Source: Candidatus Woesearchaeota archaeon (GTDB lineage Archaea; Nanobdellota; Nanobdellia; Woesearchaeales; GW2011-AR4). Taken from it: a DNA stretch of 64,000 nucleotides. Location of the stretch: contig JACPJQ010000004.1 of the NCBI GenBank assembly GCA_016187465.1, forward strand, positions 7,092-71,091. Reading direction: 5' to 3'. The translations under genes and the position numbers were made by a program. Below the pieces are notes generated by a model. That model searched no databases, was not told the origin of the DNA, and worked only from the letters and a program-made list of their open reading frames with translations. Of the stretch, positions 37,883 through 47,583 are shown piece after piece (position 1 is the first letter of the stretch; each line of letters starts with the position of its first letter).

Positions 37883-38380
37883 ATGATGGCCGGCTATCTA
37901 AGATCGATTGTAATGAAGACCTTGCTAAACAAAAAACTTTCAGGCTATGACTTAATTAAACAGATAGAAAAAGATACTGGCACTTGGAAGCCGAGCTTTG
38001 GCTCGATTTACCCGCTTCTTGAAAAATTACTGAAGGAAAAGCTTGTCGAAGTCGAAGTTCAAGGCAGGAAAAAGCTTTATTTTTTAACATCCAGTGGCAA
38101 AGAGTACCTCAAAACTGTCAACAAAAGCAAAAATATCATTGTGGACAAGATGATTGCCACGTGGAAAGTGTTTGGCAGGATAACTGACAAAAGAGAAATG
38201 GGGTTTATGCTTGAAGTATTTAACAGCCTGAAAAAAGGCCAGCTTCCGTTCAAGGAGCTGAACCCCGAGCTTAACCAGTTCAGAGCGACGATTTTTGACC
38301 TGTATTCAAAAGGCAAAGACAGGAAGAAGATTAAAGGCGTTTTAAAGAATACCATTAAAAAACTTGCATCAATAAAATGA
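37883..38380 (+). CDS. PadR-family transcriptional regulator
   Basis: SGYDLIKQIEKDTGTWKPSFGSIYPLLEKL. Confidence 0.55.
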   Translation: MMAGYLRSIVMKTLLNKKLSGYDLIKQIEKDTGTWKPSFGSIYPLLEKLLKEKLVEVEVQGRKKLYFLTSSGKEYLKTVNKSKNIIVDKMIATWKVFGRITDKREMGFMLEVFNSLKKGQLPFKELNPELNQFRATIFDLYSKGKDRKKIKGVLKNTIKKLASIK

Positions 38381-39078
38381 AAAAGTCCATCATAAAATTG
38401 GAAAATGTCTGGAAAGTGTACCAGATGGGCAATGTTGAAGTAAATGCCCTGCAGGGGCTCAGCCTTGACGTAAAAGAAGGGGAATTTCTTGCAATAATGG
38501 GCCCGTCCGGCTCCGGCAAATCAACCGCAGTCAACATGATCGGCTGCTTAGATGTTCCCACAAAAGGAAGGATATTGCTTGACGGCCATGACATTTCAAA
38601 ATTAAGCGAGTCAGAGCTTGCCCAGGTAAGGGGCAAAAAAATTGGTTTTATCTTCCAGCAGTTCAACCTGATTCCAACACTGACTGCGCTTGAAAATGTT
38701 GCCTTGCCGATTGTATTCCAGTCTGTTGGCAGGGAAACAAGAATAAAGAAGTCTACAGAATTACTGAATATCGTTGAACTTGGAGACAGAATGCACCACA
38801 AGCCTGCAGAGCTGTCGGGAGGCCAGCAGCAAAGAGTTGCAATAGCACGCTCTTTGGCCAATGACCCTGAAGTCATTTTAGCTGATGAGCCTACAGGAAA
38901 TCTTGATTCAAAGACAGGAGAGATAGTCATGAAGTTTTTGCAGAACCTCAATAGAAAGGAAGGCAAAACGATAATTACGGTGACGCACGACAGTAATGTG
39001 GCGCGGCATGCTGACCGAATTGAGTTCCTTAAAGACGGGAAGGTCATAAAATCGTTAAATAACAGGAAAGGTGATTAA
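38377..39078 (+). CDS. ABC transporter ATP-binding protein (MacB/LolD-like)
   Basis: Walker A GPSGSGKST, signature LSGGQQQRVAIARSL, Walker B ILADEPTGNLD. Confidence 0.8.
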   Translation: MKKSIIKLENVWKVYQMGNVEVNALQGLSLDVKEGEFLAIMGPSGSGKSTAVNMIGCLDVPTKGRILLDGHDISKLSESELAQVRGKKIGFIFQQFNLIPTLTALENVALPIVFQSVGRETRIKKSTELLNIVELGDRMHHKPAELSGGQQQRVAIARSLANDPEVILADEPTGNLDSKTGEIVMKFLQNLNRKEGKTIITVTHDSNVARHADRIEFLKDGKVIKSLNNRKGD

Positions 39079-40330
39079 AATGAAGAAGCTAGTAGTTTTA
39101 GTTTTGTTTATAATGGCTACAAGCCTGGTAAGCGCAGCTGTTAGTTCAGAGTATTATGGGGAAAGCCCAAAGATCATTGTGAGCCTTGCAAACCAGGACC
39201 CTGACCCTGTAGAGCCGGGCAAAATTGTCGAGGTAAGCTTCAAGATGGACAACCAAGGCACACTGGCAAATAATGTTGTTTTTGATATAGAGCCAGAGTA
39301 CCCGTTCTCGTTATTACCCGGGGAGGCCAAAACAAAGATTCTAGGCACTTTGGGCACATCCCAAAACGGCGAAAGAACAGTCTTTGTCAAGTACAAGCTT
39401 AAAGTTGACCAAAATGCCGTTGACGGCAGCCATGAAATAAAAGTAAGGTACAAAACAGAGAATTTTGATTTATGGAACATGTTAGAGGATTTAATCATTA
39501 AGGTGCAGTCTAAGGATGCAATACTTTCAGTTGAGAAATACACAACAACGCCAGAAGTTGTAGCTCCAGGCTCAAAAGCAAAATTGATGATAGGGCTCAG
39601 AAACCATGCGTCATCTATCCTCAAGGATGTGAAAATCACCCTCGATCTTGGAAAAAGCGGAGATGAGCAGACTCCATTTGCGCCAGTGGGCTCTACAAAT
39701 GAGAAAGTAATATCGGTTGTTGATGCGCAAGGATACATACCTTTGGAGTTCAGCTTGATGGCTGATCCCGACGCGAAATCAAAAGTCTACAAAGTGCCGT
39801 TGAAAATGCAGTACTCAGACATAATAAACAAGAATTATTCAAAAACGTTGATTATTGCTGTAGTTGTTGGGGCCGAGCCTGACATATCTGTTTATATTGA
39901 TAGCACTAAAGTTTATACTGCCGGCAAAACAGGAGAAGTGACTGTGAAAATTGTCAACAAGGGGCTTACAGACGTAAAATTTCTGAATGTAAACCTTGAC
40001 AAGGCGGATGGGTACAAAGTACTCTCCCCTTACGAGGTATATCTGGGCAACATAGACTCGGATGACTACGAAACTGCTGACTTTAAGCTTGGCATTGACA
40101 AAACAAGCAAGGGTAAGACAATTCTGCCTTTGACAATTGAATATAAGGATGCAAACAATGCAGATTACAAAAAGAAAGTTAATCTGGAGCTTCCAATTTA
40201 CACAAGCTCAGAGGCAAAAAGATTGGGGCTTGTTGAAGGCAACGGCAAAATTAAGTGGATTATCGTTGTAATAGTGATTGTTGGAGGGTTTTTTGGCTAC
40301 AGGATGTGGCGCAAGAAGCACAGAAAATAG
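39071..40330 (+). CDS. Secreted beta-rich protein with C-terminal TM anchor (COG1361-like ABC-associated protein)
   Basis: Signal peptide, repeated Ig-like segments, C-terminal TM segment plus basic tail. Confidence 0.4.
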   Translation: MIKMKKLVVLVLFIMATSLVSAAVSSEYYGESPKIIVSLANQDPDPVEPGKIVEVSFKMDNQGTLANNVVFDIEPEYPFSLLPGEAKTKILGTLGTSQNGERTVFVKYKLKVDQNAVDGSHEIKVRYKTENFDLWNMLEDLIIKVQSKDAILSVEKYTTTPEVVAPGSKAKLMIGLRNHASSILKDVKITLDLGKSGDEQTPFAPVGSTNEKVISVVDAQGYIPLEFSLMADPDAKSKVYKVPLKMQYSDIINKNYSKTLIIAVVVGAEPDISVYIDSTKVYTAGKTGEVTVKIVNKGLTDVKFLNVNLDKADGYKVLSPYEVYLGNIDSDDYETADFKLGIDKTSKGKTILPLTIEYKDANNADYKKKVNLELPIYTSSEAKRLGLVEGNGKIKWIIVVIVIVGGFFGYRMWRKKHRK

Positions 40331-40343
40331 CTCCTGACTCAAG

Positions 40344-41570
40344 ATGCACAGGGATCATTTTGTATATTCAGTCAGAAATCTAAAGAACAGAGGCTTAAGG
40401 TCATGGCTCACTATGATTGGGATATTCATAGGAATAGCTGCTGTTGTTTCTCTTATCGGTTTGGGTGAAGGGTTAAGAGTTGCTATAATGTCCCAATTCG
40501 GTTTTCTTGGTCCTGATGTGCTTGGAGTTCAGGCAGCTGGATTGGCATTTGCAGGGCCTCCTGGAACAGGCGTTGTTGACCCATTGGCAGATGACTTAGC
40601 TGAAAAAATAAAAAATGTCAATGGAGTTAAAGCGGCATTTAACAGGTACTTGGAATCCGGCACTTTGGAATTTAATGACAAGCGGGGAATTGGAATTGCA
40701 GCTTCTGTGCCTGAAGGGGAAAACAAGAAAATTTTTGAAACAATGGTGAATCTGAAGGCAGAAGAGGGGAGGCTGCTGAAAGACAGCGACTCAAGAAAAG
40801 TTGTTCTTGGCAATGATTTCAAAAAGGGCGAAACTTTTGGAAAGGCAATAAAGCCCGGCGACAGGGTTCTGGTTAACGGCATAAGTTTTGAGGTTGTCGG
40901 CATTCTTGAAAAAAAAGGGAGCTTCATTTTTGACAGCATAGTGCTAATGAACGAGCAGACAATGTTTGATGTAATTGGCACAAACAAGGCTCAGGTGAAT
41001 GTAATCGCTGTAAAGGTTGAGGATGCCGGCAGAATAGGCGAGGTCAAGGAAGGCATTGAAAAACTTCTGAGAAAAGAAAGGAATGTAAAAAAAGGCGAGG
41101 AGAATTTTCAGGTCAACAGCCCGCAGCAGACTCTTGAAGCTTTAAGCTCCACCCTATTTGCTGTGCAGCTTTTTGTTTATATCATTGCTGCCATCTCCCT
41201 TGCTGTTGGGGGCATTGGAATAATGAACACAATGTACACCTCAGTTCTCGAAAGGACTAAAGAAATCGGAATAATGAAATCAATAGGAGCAAGAAATTCC
41301 GCCATTTTCACGATATTTTTTGTTGAGTCAGGGCTTTTAGGAATGGTCGGCGGTATAATTGGCGTGATTCTTGGATTGAGCTTTGCGTTCGGGCTGTCAG
41401 CAGTTGGACGAGCAGTTTTAGGCTCTGAGCTGATTCAGGCAAGCATAAGCCCGTTCCTGATTATCGGGGCGCTGCTGTTTTCATTTGCACTAGGAACTGT
41501 CTTTGGAGTGCTGCCCGCATATCGGGCGTCAAAGCTGAACCCAGTTGACTCGCTAAGGAGCGCAAAATGA
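40344..41570 (+). CDS. ABC transporter permease, FtsX/MacB-like
   Basis: N-terminal TM segment, large extracellular domain, three C-terminal TM segments. Confidence 0.65.
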   Translation: MHRDHFVYSVRNLKNRGLRSWLTMIGIFIGIAAVVSLIGLGEGLRVAIMSQFGFLGPDVLGVQAAGLAFAGPPGTGVVDPLADDLAEKIKNVNGVKAAFNRYLESGTLEFNDKRGIGIAASVPEGENKKIFETMVNLKAEEGRLLKDSDSRKVVLGNDFKKGETFGKAIKPGDRVLVNGISFEVVGILEKKGSFIFDSIVLMNEQTMFDVIGTNKAQVNVIAVKVEDAGRIGEVKEGIEKLLRKERNVKKGEENFQVNSPQQTLEALSSTLFAVQLFVYIIAAISLAVGGIGIMNTMYTSVLERTKEIGIMKSIGARNSAIFTIFFVESGLLGMVGGIIGVILGLSFAFGLSAVGRAVLGSELIQASISPFLIIGALLFSFALGTVFGVLPAYRASKLNPVDSLRSAK

Positions 41571-42778
41571 GAATTGATGAAATTAAATATTCCCTCCAGC
41601 ATGTAAGGAAAAGAAAATTGAGAAGCTGGCTTACAATACTTTCCATACTTATCGGCATTGCTGCAATATTTGCGCTGCTCAGCTTCGGAATCGGAATTCA
41701 GAATTATGTCAATACTCTCGCTGATGAGTCCGGAAGGAACAAGATTTTTGTGCAGGCAAAGGGGATTGGAGCGCCTGGAACTGACGAGAATTTTTTCATA
41801 AGCAGGGAAGATGTCGATTTCATAAGCAAGATAAAGGGTGTTGATGAGATGGCAGGCATGTATTTCCAAGCAGGTGAAATAGAATTTGAGGATGTGAAGA
41901 AGTTTTATTTTGTGTCAGGGCTTGATCCAAACAAGATAGAGTTTATTGAGGAAAGCTTTGCCAATGAAATAATAAAAGGAAGAAGACTCAGGAACGGCGA
42001 CTTGAGCAAGGCAGTTCTTGGGTACAACTACCAGTTTGACGAAAAGATATTCAAGAGAGGTGCAAAGCTCGGTGACAAGATTAAAATCAACGGCAATCCC
42101 TACGAGGTTGTTGGTTTTTTTGGCGAAGTAGGCAATCCAAGCGATGATGCCAATGTGTACATAACCAACAAGGCATTTGAGCAGCTGTATCCCAAGAAAA
42201 AAGACAAATTCGGGTTTATAATGATAAGCTCCCAAAATGGTGTTAACCCAGGCGAGCTTGCCGAAAAGATAGAAGAAAAATTAAGAAAATTCAAAAACCA
42301 GGAAGAGGGAAAGGAAGATTTTTTTGTGCAGACATTTGAGGATGCATTAGCAACTTTCACTACAGTAATAAATATGATCAATGGCGTGCTTGTTTTGATT
42401 GCTTTTGTGTCAATGCTTGTTGCTTTTGTGAATATAATGAACACAATGTACACTGCAATTATAGAAAGGACTAAAGAGATTGGAGTGATGAAGGCTGTAG
42501 GCGCAAAAAACGAGGACATTCTGCTTATCTTCATGTTTGAATCAGGATTTCTTGGATTAGTTGGCGGGATTGCAGGAGTGATAGTTGGGTATGCAGTCGC
42601 GAGCATTGGCGGGGCTGCTGCTGCAGCAAACGGATTTGCATTGCTCAGGCCGGAATTTCCAGTTGCATTGATAATCGGATGCCTTTTGTTTGCTTTTATT
42701 ATCGGGGCCGTAGCCGGATACTTCCCGGCAAGAAGGGCTTCAAGATTAAAGCCAGTGGATGCGCTGAGGTATGAGTGA
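41567..42778 (+). CDS. ABC transporter permease, FtsX/MacB-like (paralog)
   Basis: Same architecture as 40344..41570. Overlaps its start. Confidence 0.65.
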   Translation: MRIDEIKYSLQHVRKRKLRSWLTILSILIGIAAIFALLSFGIGIQNYVNTLADESGRNKIFVQAKGIGAPGTDENFFISREDVDFISKIKGVDEMAGMYFQAGEIEFEDVKKFYFVSGLDPNKIEFIEESFANEIIKGRRLRNGDLSKAVLGYNYQFDEKIFKRGAKLGDKIKINGNPYEVVGFFGEVGNPSDDANVYITNKAFEQLYPKKKDKFGFIMISSQNGVNPGELAEKIEEKLRKFKNQEEGKEDFFVQTFEDALATFTTVINMINGVLVLIAFVSMLVAFVNIMNTMYTAIIERTKEIGVMKAVGAKNEDILLIFMFESGFLGLVGGIAGVIVGYAVASIGGAAAAANGFALLRPEFPVALIIGCLLFAFIIGAVAGYFPARRASRLKPVDALRYE

Positions 42779-42862
42779 GAAATTTAGTAAACTTTATATA
42801 TGTATTCAATATATATCTAATTTGTAGTTAAATATATATTTAATTGTATCAAAACAAGAGGT

Positions 42863-43138
42863 ATGCAAAAGGGGATGGTAATCGCTGTATCTTTATTAAA
42901 ATCAAGTGGATATAGATTGAAGATAGTGCAAGCCATAGGCAATGATACTTTAACCCCTTCTGAAATCTCAAATAAAATAAATATACGATTAAACCATGTT
43001 AGCTTATTTCTTAAAGAATTAAAAAATAAAAATCTAGTTAAATGCCTTAACGAAGAAAGCAGAAAAGGCAGGTTATATGAATTGACAGAACTGGGCAAAA
43101 ATGCAATCAATAAACTTCTCAAAAGTCAAGCCCGATAA
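42863..43138 (+). CDS. Small winged-HTH regulator
   Basis: ArsR-like fold pattern. Confidence 0.35.
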   Translation: MQKGMVIAVSLLKSSGYRLKIVQAIGNDTLTPSEISNKINIRLNHVSLFLKELKNKNLVKCLNEESRKGRLYELTELGKNAINKLLKSQAR

Positions 43139-43705
43139 TAGAGCAGCACTATTGAATTTAAAAAATTCTTTTCCATTTTCTTTTTTAGATTGGGCTTTTA
43201 TGTATGCCACATATTTGCATTTCTTTTCAACAATCTCTTTCAAATTCTCAAATGTGTAATAAATTTCAAGTTCGTCTAACTTATTGCTTTGCAGATTCTT
43301 TATTCTTATGAATATTTTTTTATTTGTTTCATCAACGTCTAGCTTAAAGCCACATTTTTCAACAAATGTGTTAAATTTGATAGCAGAAAAAGTGCTGTGT
43401 ATTATTTTGACTACAAATTCTGTATCTTTTTGTCCATATTTTTCTCGTAAAAGAGAATTTACTTTTTTAGGATGAGTTTGAGCATCAGTAAAAAGAGTTA
43501 TCATTGATTGTGCTAACTCTCTTGATGATTTTATTTCAAGAACATCTTTGTAATCTGCTAATAAATTGTTATTTTCTACAATTCCTATTAAATCTTCAAA
43601 GGTTTTACCTATACCGGTATCGTGAGTTCTATGTGATTCAATCCAGCCCTTCTCTTTTATAGCTAAAAAATCGTTCTTGAAACTTTCAGCAACTTTACTA
43701 TCCAT
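43073..43705 (-). CDS. MutH/Sau3AI-family endonuclease-like protein
   Basis: TGIGKTFEDLIGIVENNNLLADYKDVLEIKS matches the MutH GxxGxxxExxLG...D...ELK catalytic region. Confidence 0.45.
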   Translation of the reverse strand: MDSKVAESFKNDFLAIKEKGWIESHRTHDTGIGKTFEDLIGIVENNNLLADYKDVLEIKSSRELAQSMITLFTDAQTHPKKVNSLLREKYGQKDTEFVVKIIHSTFSAIKFNTFVEKCGFKLDVDETNKKIFIRIKNLQSNKLDELEIYYTFENLKEIVEKKCKYVAYIKAQSKKENGKEFFKFNSAALLSGLTFEKFIDCIFAQFCQFI

Positions 43706-43783
43706 AAACTTATTTCTAGATACAAAATATATATTGACATATCACAAATTAGGTATAATCTAGATACAAAATTTAGAAAGTAA

Positions 43784-45295
43784 TCATTTTCCCTTGTGCT
43801 TCTTCCTCAGCTCTTCCTTCAGAATCTTGCCCATTGAATTCTTTGGCAAAGCATCTACAAATTCAACAAACTTTGGCTTTTTGAAAGAGGCAAGCTTTTC
43901 CTTGCAGTAGTCAATCACTTCATCTTCTGTCAGTTTAGAGCCTTGATTTAAGACTACATAAGCCTTGACTGACTCCCCAAACTCCTTGTCAGGAACCCCT
44001 ACAACAGCGCACTCCTTGACTTGGGGCATTGATTCAATTACATCCTCAATCTCCCTTGGATATATGTTTATGCCTCCGGATTTTATCACGTCTTTTGATC
44101 TTCCGACGATATAAACATAGCCTTTATCGTCAATTTTTCCAATATCGCCAGTTGCAAACCACCCGTCCTTGAAGGCATGCTTGTTGTAATTCGGCTTATG
44201 CCAATAGCCGCTAAAGACATTCGGGCCTTTGATAAGTATTTCCCCTTCTGTGCCGACGCTAACATCGCTGTAATTTTGATCTACTATCCGCACTTTGACT
44301 CCCGGCAGGCACGGACCGACAGAACCAGGAATTCTCTCGCCGTCATAAGGGTTTGAGAAGTTCATCATCGACTCTGACATTCCTGCTCTTTCCAAAATTT
44401 CTTTGCCAAAAGCCTTTTTCAGCTTGTGGAACAATTCTCTTGACAACGGAGCAGAGCCTGAGACAAAAAGCCTCATTGAGGAAGTGTCGTATTTCCCAAG
44501 CCCTTCAACCTCAAGAAGCTTGAAATACATTGTAGGCACGCCCATGAACATAGTAACTTTTCTTTTTTGCATGGCCTCGAACACCTCTTCTGCGGCAAAT
44601 TTCTTTTTCAGGATTACGAAATTGCCGACAAAAAGCGAGCCGCACAAAGCAACCCCTATCCCGTGGATATGATATAATGGAAGGGTAAGAAGCAATACAT
44701 CGTCCTCTGTCCATTTCCATGCCTGCGCAAGGGCTTTGATGTTTGATGTTAGGTTAACTTGATTTAGCACAGCGCCTTTCGGCTTTCCCGTTGTGCCAGA
44801 AGTGTAAAAGATTATTGAATTATCCTCATCTTTAATGATAGTATCGGGCTCTTTGTCAGCGGCATTTTTTGTTATTTCATGAAAATTGTGGGTGTTTTGC
44901 TCGTTGCCGTCAATCAAAATTATATGCTTGAGCTCCGGCAGCTTCGGAATTACTTTTTTTAAAACAGCAAGCCTTTCCATGTCTGTGACAACAGCCTTTG
45001 CCCCGGAATCAGAAAGAATATGGTGGATTTCCTGCTCCTTGAAGCTTATGTTCATTGGCACTATAATGCTGCCGTTCTTGAAGTTGCCCATCAAAGAATA
45101 GACAAGCTCAAGGCAGTTTGGAAGATACTGGGCAACCCTGTCGCCTTTGGCAATTCCTATGCTGTTCAGTGCGTTAGCTGCTTTGTTTGCGTTCAGCTGG
45201 ATTTCATTGAAGGTTACTCTTTGCTCTTCAAACTCAATAGCCACCTTATCAGGCAATCTGAGAGCTGTCTGCTTGAGCAATGCTGCTATTCCCAT
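43784..45295 (-). CDS. AMP-dependent synthetase / acyl-CoA ligase
   Basis: YTSGTTGKPKGA AMP-binding motif. Confidence 0.7.
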   Translation of the reverse strand: MGIAALLKQTALRLPDKVAIEFEEQRVTFNEIQLNANKAANALNSIGIAKGDRVAQYLPNCLELVYSLMGNFKNGSIIVPMNISFKEQEIHHILSDSGAKAVVTDMERLAVLKKVIPKLPELKHIILIDGNEQNTHNFHEITKNAADKEPDTIIKDEDNSIIFYTSGTTGKPKGAVLNQVNLTSNIKALAQAWKWTEDDVLLLTLPLYHIHGIGVALCGSLFVGNFVILKKKFAAEEVFEAMQKRKVTMFMGVPTMYFKLLEVEGLGKYDTSSMRLFVSGSAPLSRELFHKLKKAFGKEILERAGMSESMMNFSNPYDGERIPGSVGPCLPGVKVRIVDQNYSDVSVGTEGEILIKGPNVFSGYWHKPNYNKHAFKDGWFATGDIGKIDDKGYVYIVGRSKDVIKSGGINIYPREIEDVIESMPQVKECAVVGVPDKEFGESVKAYVVLNQGSKLTEDEVIDYCKEKLASFKKPKFVEFVDALPKNSMGKILKEELRKKHKGK

Positions 45296-45389
45296 AGTTG
45301 CTCATGCAAACTTAACCAATCCTTTTTAAAATTTCCTTAAAAGTGTATTCTCAAGAATATATTTACTATATGGAAAGAATTAGGCTGCA

Positions 45390-46721
45390 TCACCTTCTAA
45401 GAACATTTTGCTTTTGTGTCGGTAGGGACTGCAATACCGTAGGAGTTTTAATGTAATAATTATTATTTCTTACTTCCTTATCTTGGGGCGTATGTTTGTA
45501 AATATGGGCTGCAGCCCTGACTTTATAGGGGTAATCACGACTTTCTTTTTGCCTGAAAAATGAGGCATATTCCGCAAATTTATCGGTGCCCATCTCGGCC
45601 TTGGCGTATTCTACCCAGTTTGCATTGGTGTTATACTTAACAAGCAGGCTATCCTTATCGTCCTTTGGGTATCTGTCCATTAAAAATTTTAGATGCCTTA
45701 CCCCCATGCAAATATTTTTCTCGGGATCAAAAGCTGCATATCTTCTCGCAAGTTCCACTTTAGTATGTTTGGCTTTTAAATTTTTCAATTCATTTGCATA
45801 AGGTTTGTAATATTTTTTGTCGCCTGTTTTTTTAGCTTTTCTCACATTTTCAGTAATGTAAAGGCTGCCACCGCCGCATTCATCCTTGCGTTTCTCAACT
45901 ACAAAAGGCATTTCCTGCATTAACCCTCCTGCTGACCAGTCAGAGATTGCAGTTGAATCCATCTTAGACTCTGTACTCATAATCCCAAAAACATCCTCAA
46001 GTGAAAGCCTGCCGTCCTTTGCAAGATACTTATTGAAATATTTCTCAACAAATGCCTTATATTCCGTATCAAATTTTCTTATCTGCTTTGTCATTTCGTT
46101 TCTTGCCCATTGTGATTTTGTCATCCAATAAATTTCTGCCTGCAATGGGCGGGGGATTCCTTTAACTTCAACGTATTCTGATGGCGGCACCTCGGGAGAA
46201 GTATAGCTGACTTCCCTAACAGCAGGCGGATTGATTATACGGTCATATAGAATAGGATATTCCATACGGGCTAGAATACCAAGTAGTATTGCAGTTGTTC
46301 CGGTAAATGCTGTCCAGTGCCTTGCTTTATTCTTTTTGCTATGGCGCCGCCATTCACTAATCTTTTCTCCGATATATTGCCGTTTATGCCATGCGCCCAT
46401 TGCGCCCACTAGCAATGCCGCTACTCCTCCTGCCGTCATGGCAATTGCTGCCCTGTCTCCAGAATCATGCGCCTCAAATATGCCCCTAGTGTATTTCTCA
46501 ATCGCAAAAGCACTGCCGGCTAAAATTGCAGTGGCTTCTGAAACTCTGTCTAATCCTCGTTTGAACCGCCAAGCATACTCTTCCAGGACAGGGTTTAGTC
46601 TATATTCTAGTTTGTCTACTCCCTCTGAGATTCGCTCGGAAAAGGTCTTTTTACATGTCGATTTACGAGGCTCTCCTCCGCCAGTTTTCTTTATTCTTCT
46701 TTCTAATCCGTTCATTTTCAC
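45390..46721 (-). CDS. Membrane-anchored SLT-domain lytic transglycosylase-like protein
   Basis: TESKMDSTAISDWSAGGLMQ matches the family-1 lytic transglycosylase catalytic motif (ES...GLMQ). N-terminal TM helices. Confidence 0.5.
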   Translation of the reverse strand: MKMNGLERRIKKTGGGEPRKSTCKKTFSERISEGVDKLEYRLNPVLEEYAWRFKRGLDRVSEATAILAGSAFAIEKYTRGIFEAHDSGDRAAIAMTAGGVAALLVGAMGAWHKRQYIGEKISEWRRHSKKNKARHWTAFTGTTAILLGILARMEYPILYDRIINPPAVREVSYTSPEVPPSEYVEVKGIPRPLQAEIYWMTKSQWARNEMTKQIRKFDTEYKAFVEKYFNKYLAKDGRLSLEDVFGIMSTESKMDSTAISDWSAGGLMQEMPFVVEKRKDECGGGSLYITENVRKAKKTGDKKYYKPYANELKNLKAKHTKVELARRYAAFDPEKNICMGVRHLKFLMDRYPKDDKDSLLVKYNTNANWVEYAKAEMGTDKFAEYASFFRQKESRDYPYKVRAAAHIYKHTPQDKEVRNNNYYIKTPTVLQSLPTQKQNVLRR

Positions 46722-46795
46722 ATTCTGCTGAATACGTGCAGAAGATTAACTATTTATAAATCTTTCTATTTTTACCACTATCTAATAGTTAAAAA

Positions 46796-46940
46796 GCCTC
46801 CGAAGGGAGTTGAACCCTCGACCTGCGCTTTGCCCTTATTTTTTTGTCAAGCTTTTTTGCCTGTCAAAAGGTTGTACGAGAGCGCCGCTCTTTGGCGTGA
46901 GACCAAGCTAACTTGGAGTCTACCGCTGAGCCACGGAGGC
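46796..46940 (-). tRNA. tRNA-Thr(CGU) with two putative introns (28 nt in the D-loop, 44 nt at position 37/38)
   Basis: Hand fold. Acceptor stem GCCTCCG/CGGAGGC, D stem GCTC/GAGC, anticodon stem GCGCT/AGCGC, loop CTCGTAA, T arm GAGGG-TTCAACT-CCCTT. 145 nt in total, 73 nt mature. Poly-T follows. Confidence 0.6.
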
Positions 46941-47046
46941 AATTATGCAAGGATGCTTCTACCATTTTTAAAATATTCTTAAAAATCCATCAGATAAGGC
47001 AACTTAACAAAAAATGAACAATAACGAGAGCGACTTCTTAAAGCAT

Positions 47047-47185
47047 TATAGTAAAGGACACAAGTTTTTAGACATAAATATGTCCTTTACTTGTCAAAAA
47101 TTTCACGTATTTATTATAAATTGATGAAATTTTTGAGCACTCGAAAACCCGTAAGGTTTTCTTTGTATTACGAACGGACAACTAT
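47047..47185 (+). repeat. 139-bp intergenic repeat, copy A
   Basis: Identical to 53365..53503 and 60395..60533. Contains two hairpins (gtaaaggaca/tgtcctttac and aaaacc/ggtttt) and a palindromic core tcaaaaatttca-N17-tgaaatttttga. Confidence 0.85.
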
Positions 47186-47302
47186 AATAATGTATTTGCG
47201 CCGAGGAGGGGCACTGAAACAAGGCGGCATTTACGGCAGAATGCCGAGGCGCACAAGAATGCGCCGCAGGCGGATTGAAATCTTGTTACTAGAACAAATT
47301 AA

Positions 47303-47467
47303 CTATTTAATTGCTTTTAAAATTTCTTCTTTTGAGGCAAATTTCTTCTGGCATTCAAAGCATACAGCATGCAGTTTGCCTTTGCCGTCTTTGATATAGG
47401 TGCCTATAATCTTGTTCAAAAAGGTCGTGTCAATGGACTTGCTGCAGATTGAGCATTTCATTCTCAT
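47303..47467 (-). CDS. Small zinc-ribbon protein (54 aa)
   Basis: Hand translation gives MRMKCSICSKSIDTTF...HAVCFECQKKF, with two CxxC pairs. Confidence 0.3.
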   Translation of the reverse strand: MRMKCSICSKSIDTTFLNKIIGTYIKDGKGKLHAVCFECQKKFASKEEILKAIK

Positions 47468-47583
47468 AGGGTATTATCACAATATTTAAAAACTATCGGT
47501 GCTTTTATTGATTTATGAGTCATATTTTGAAAAACGGGATAAAACAATTTTTCTAGTGAGTTCTTGTACTTATAGCCCTAAAA

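Noticed and set aside
47091-47399. 102-aa plus-strand ORF
   Set aside because: It begins inside the 139-bp repeat, runs through the GC-rich hairpin segment and overlaps the better-supported minus-strand zinc-ribbon ORF. It is Arg-rich in a way typical of mis-framed GC-rich DNA.
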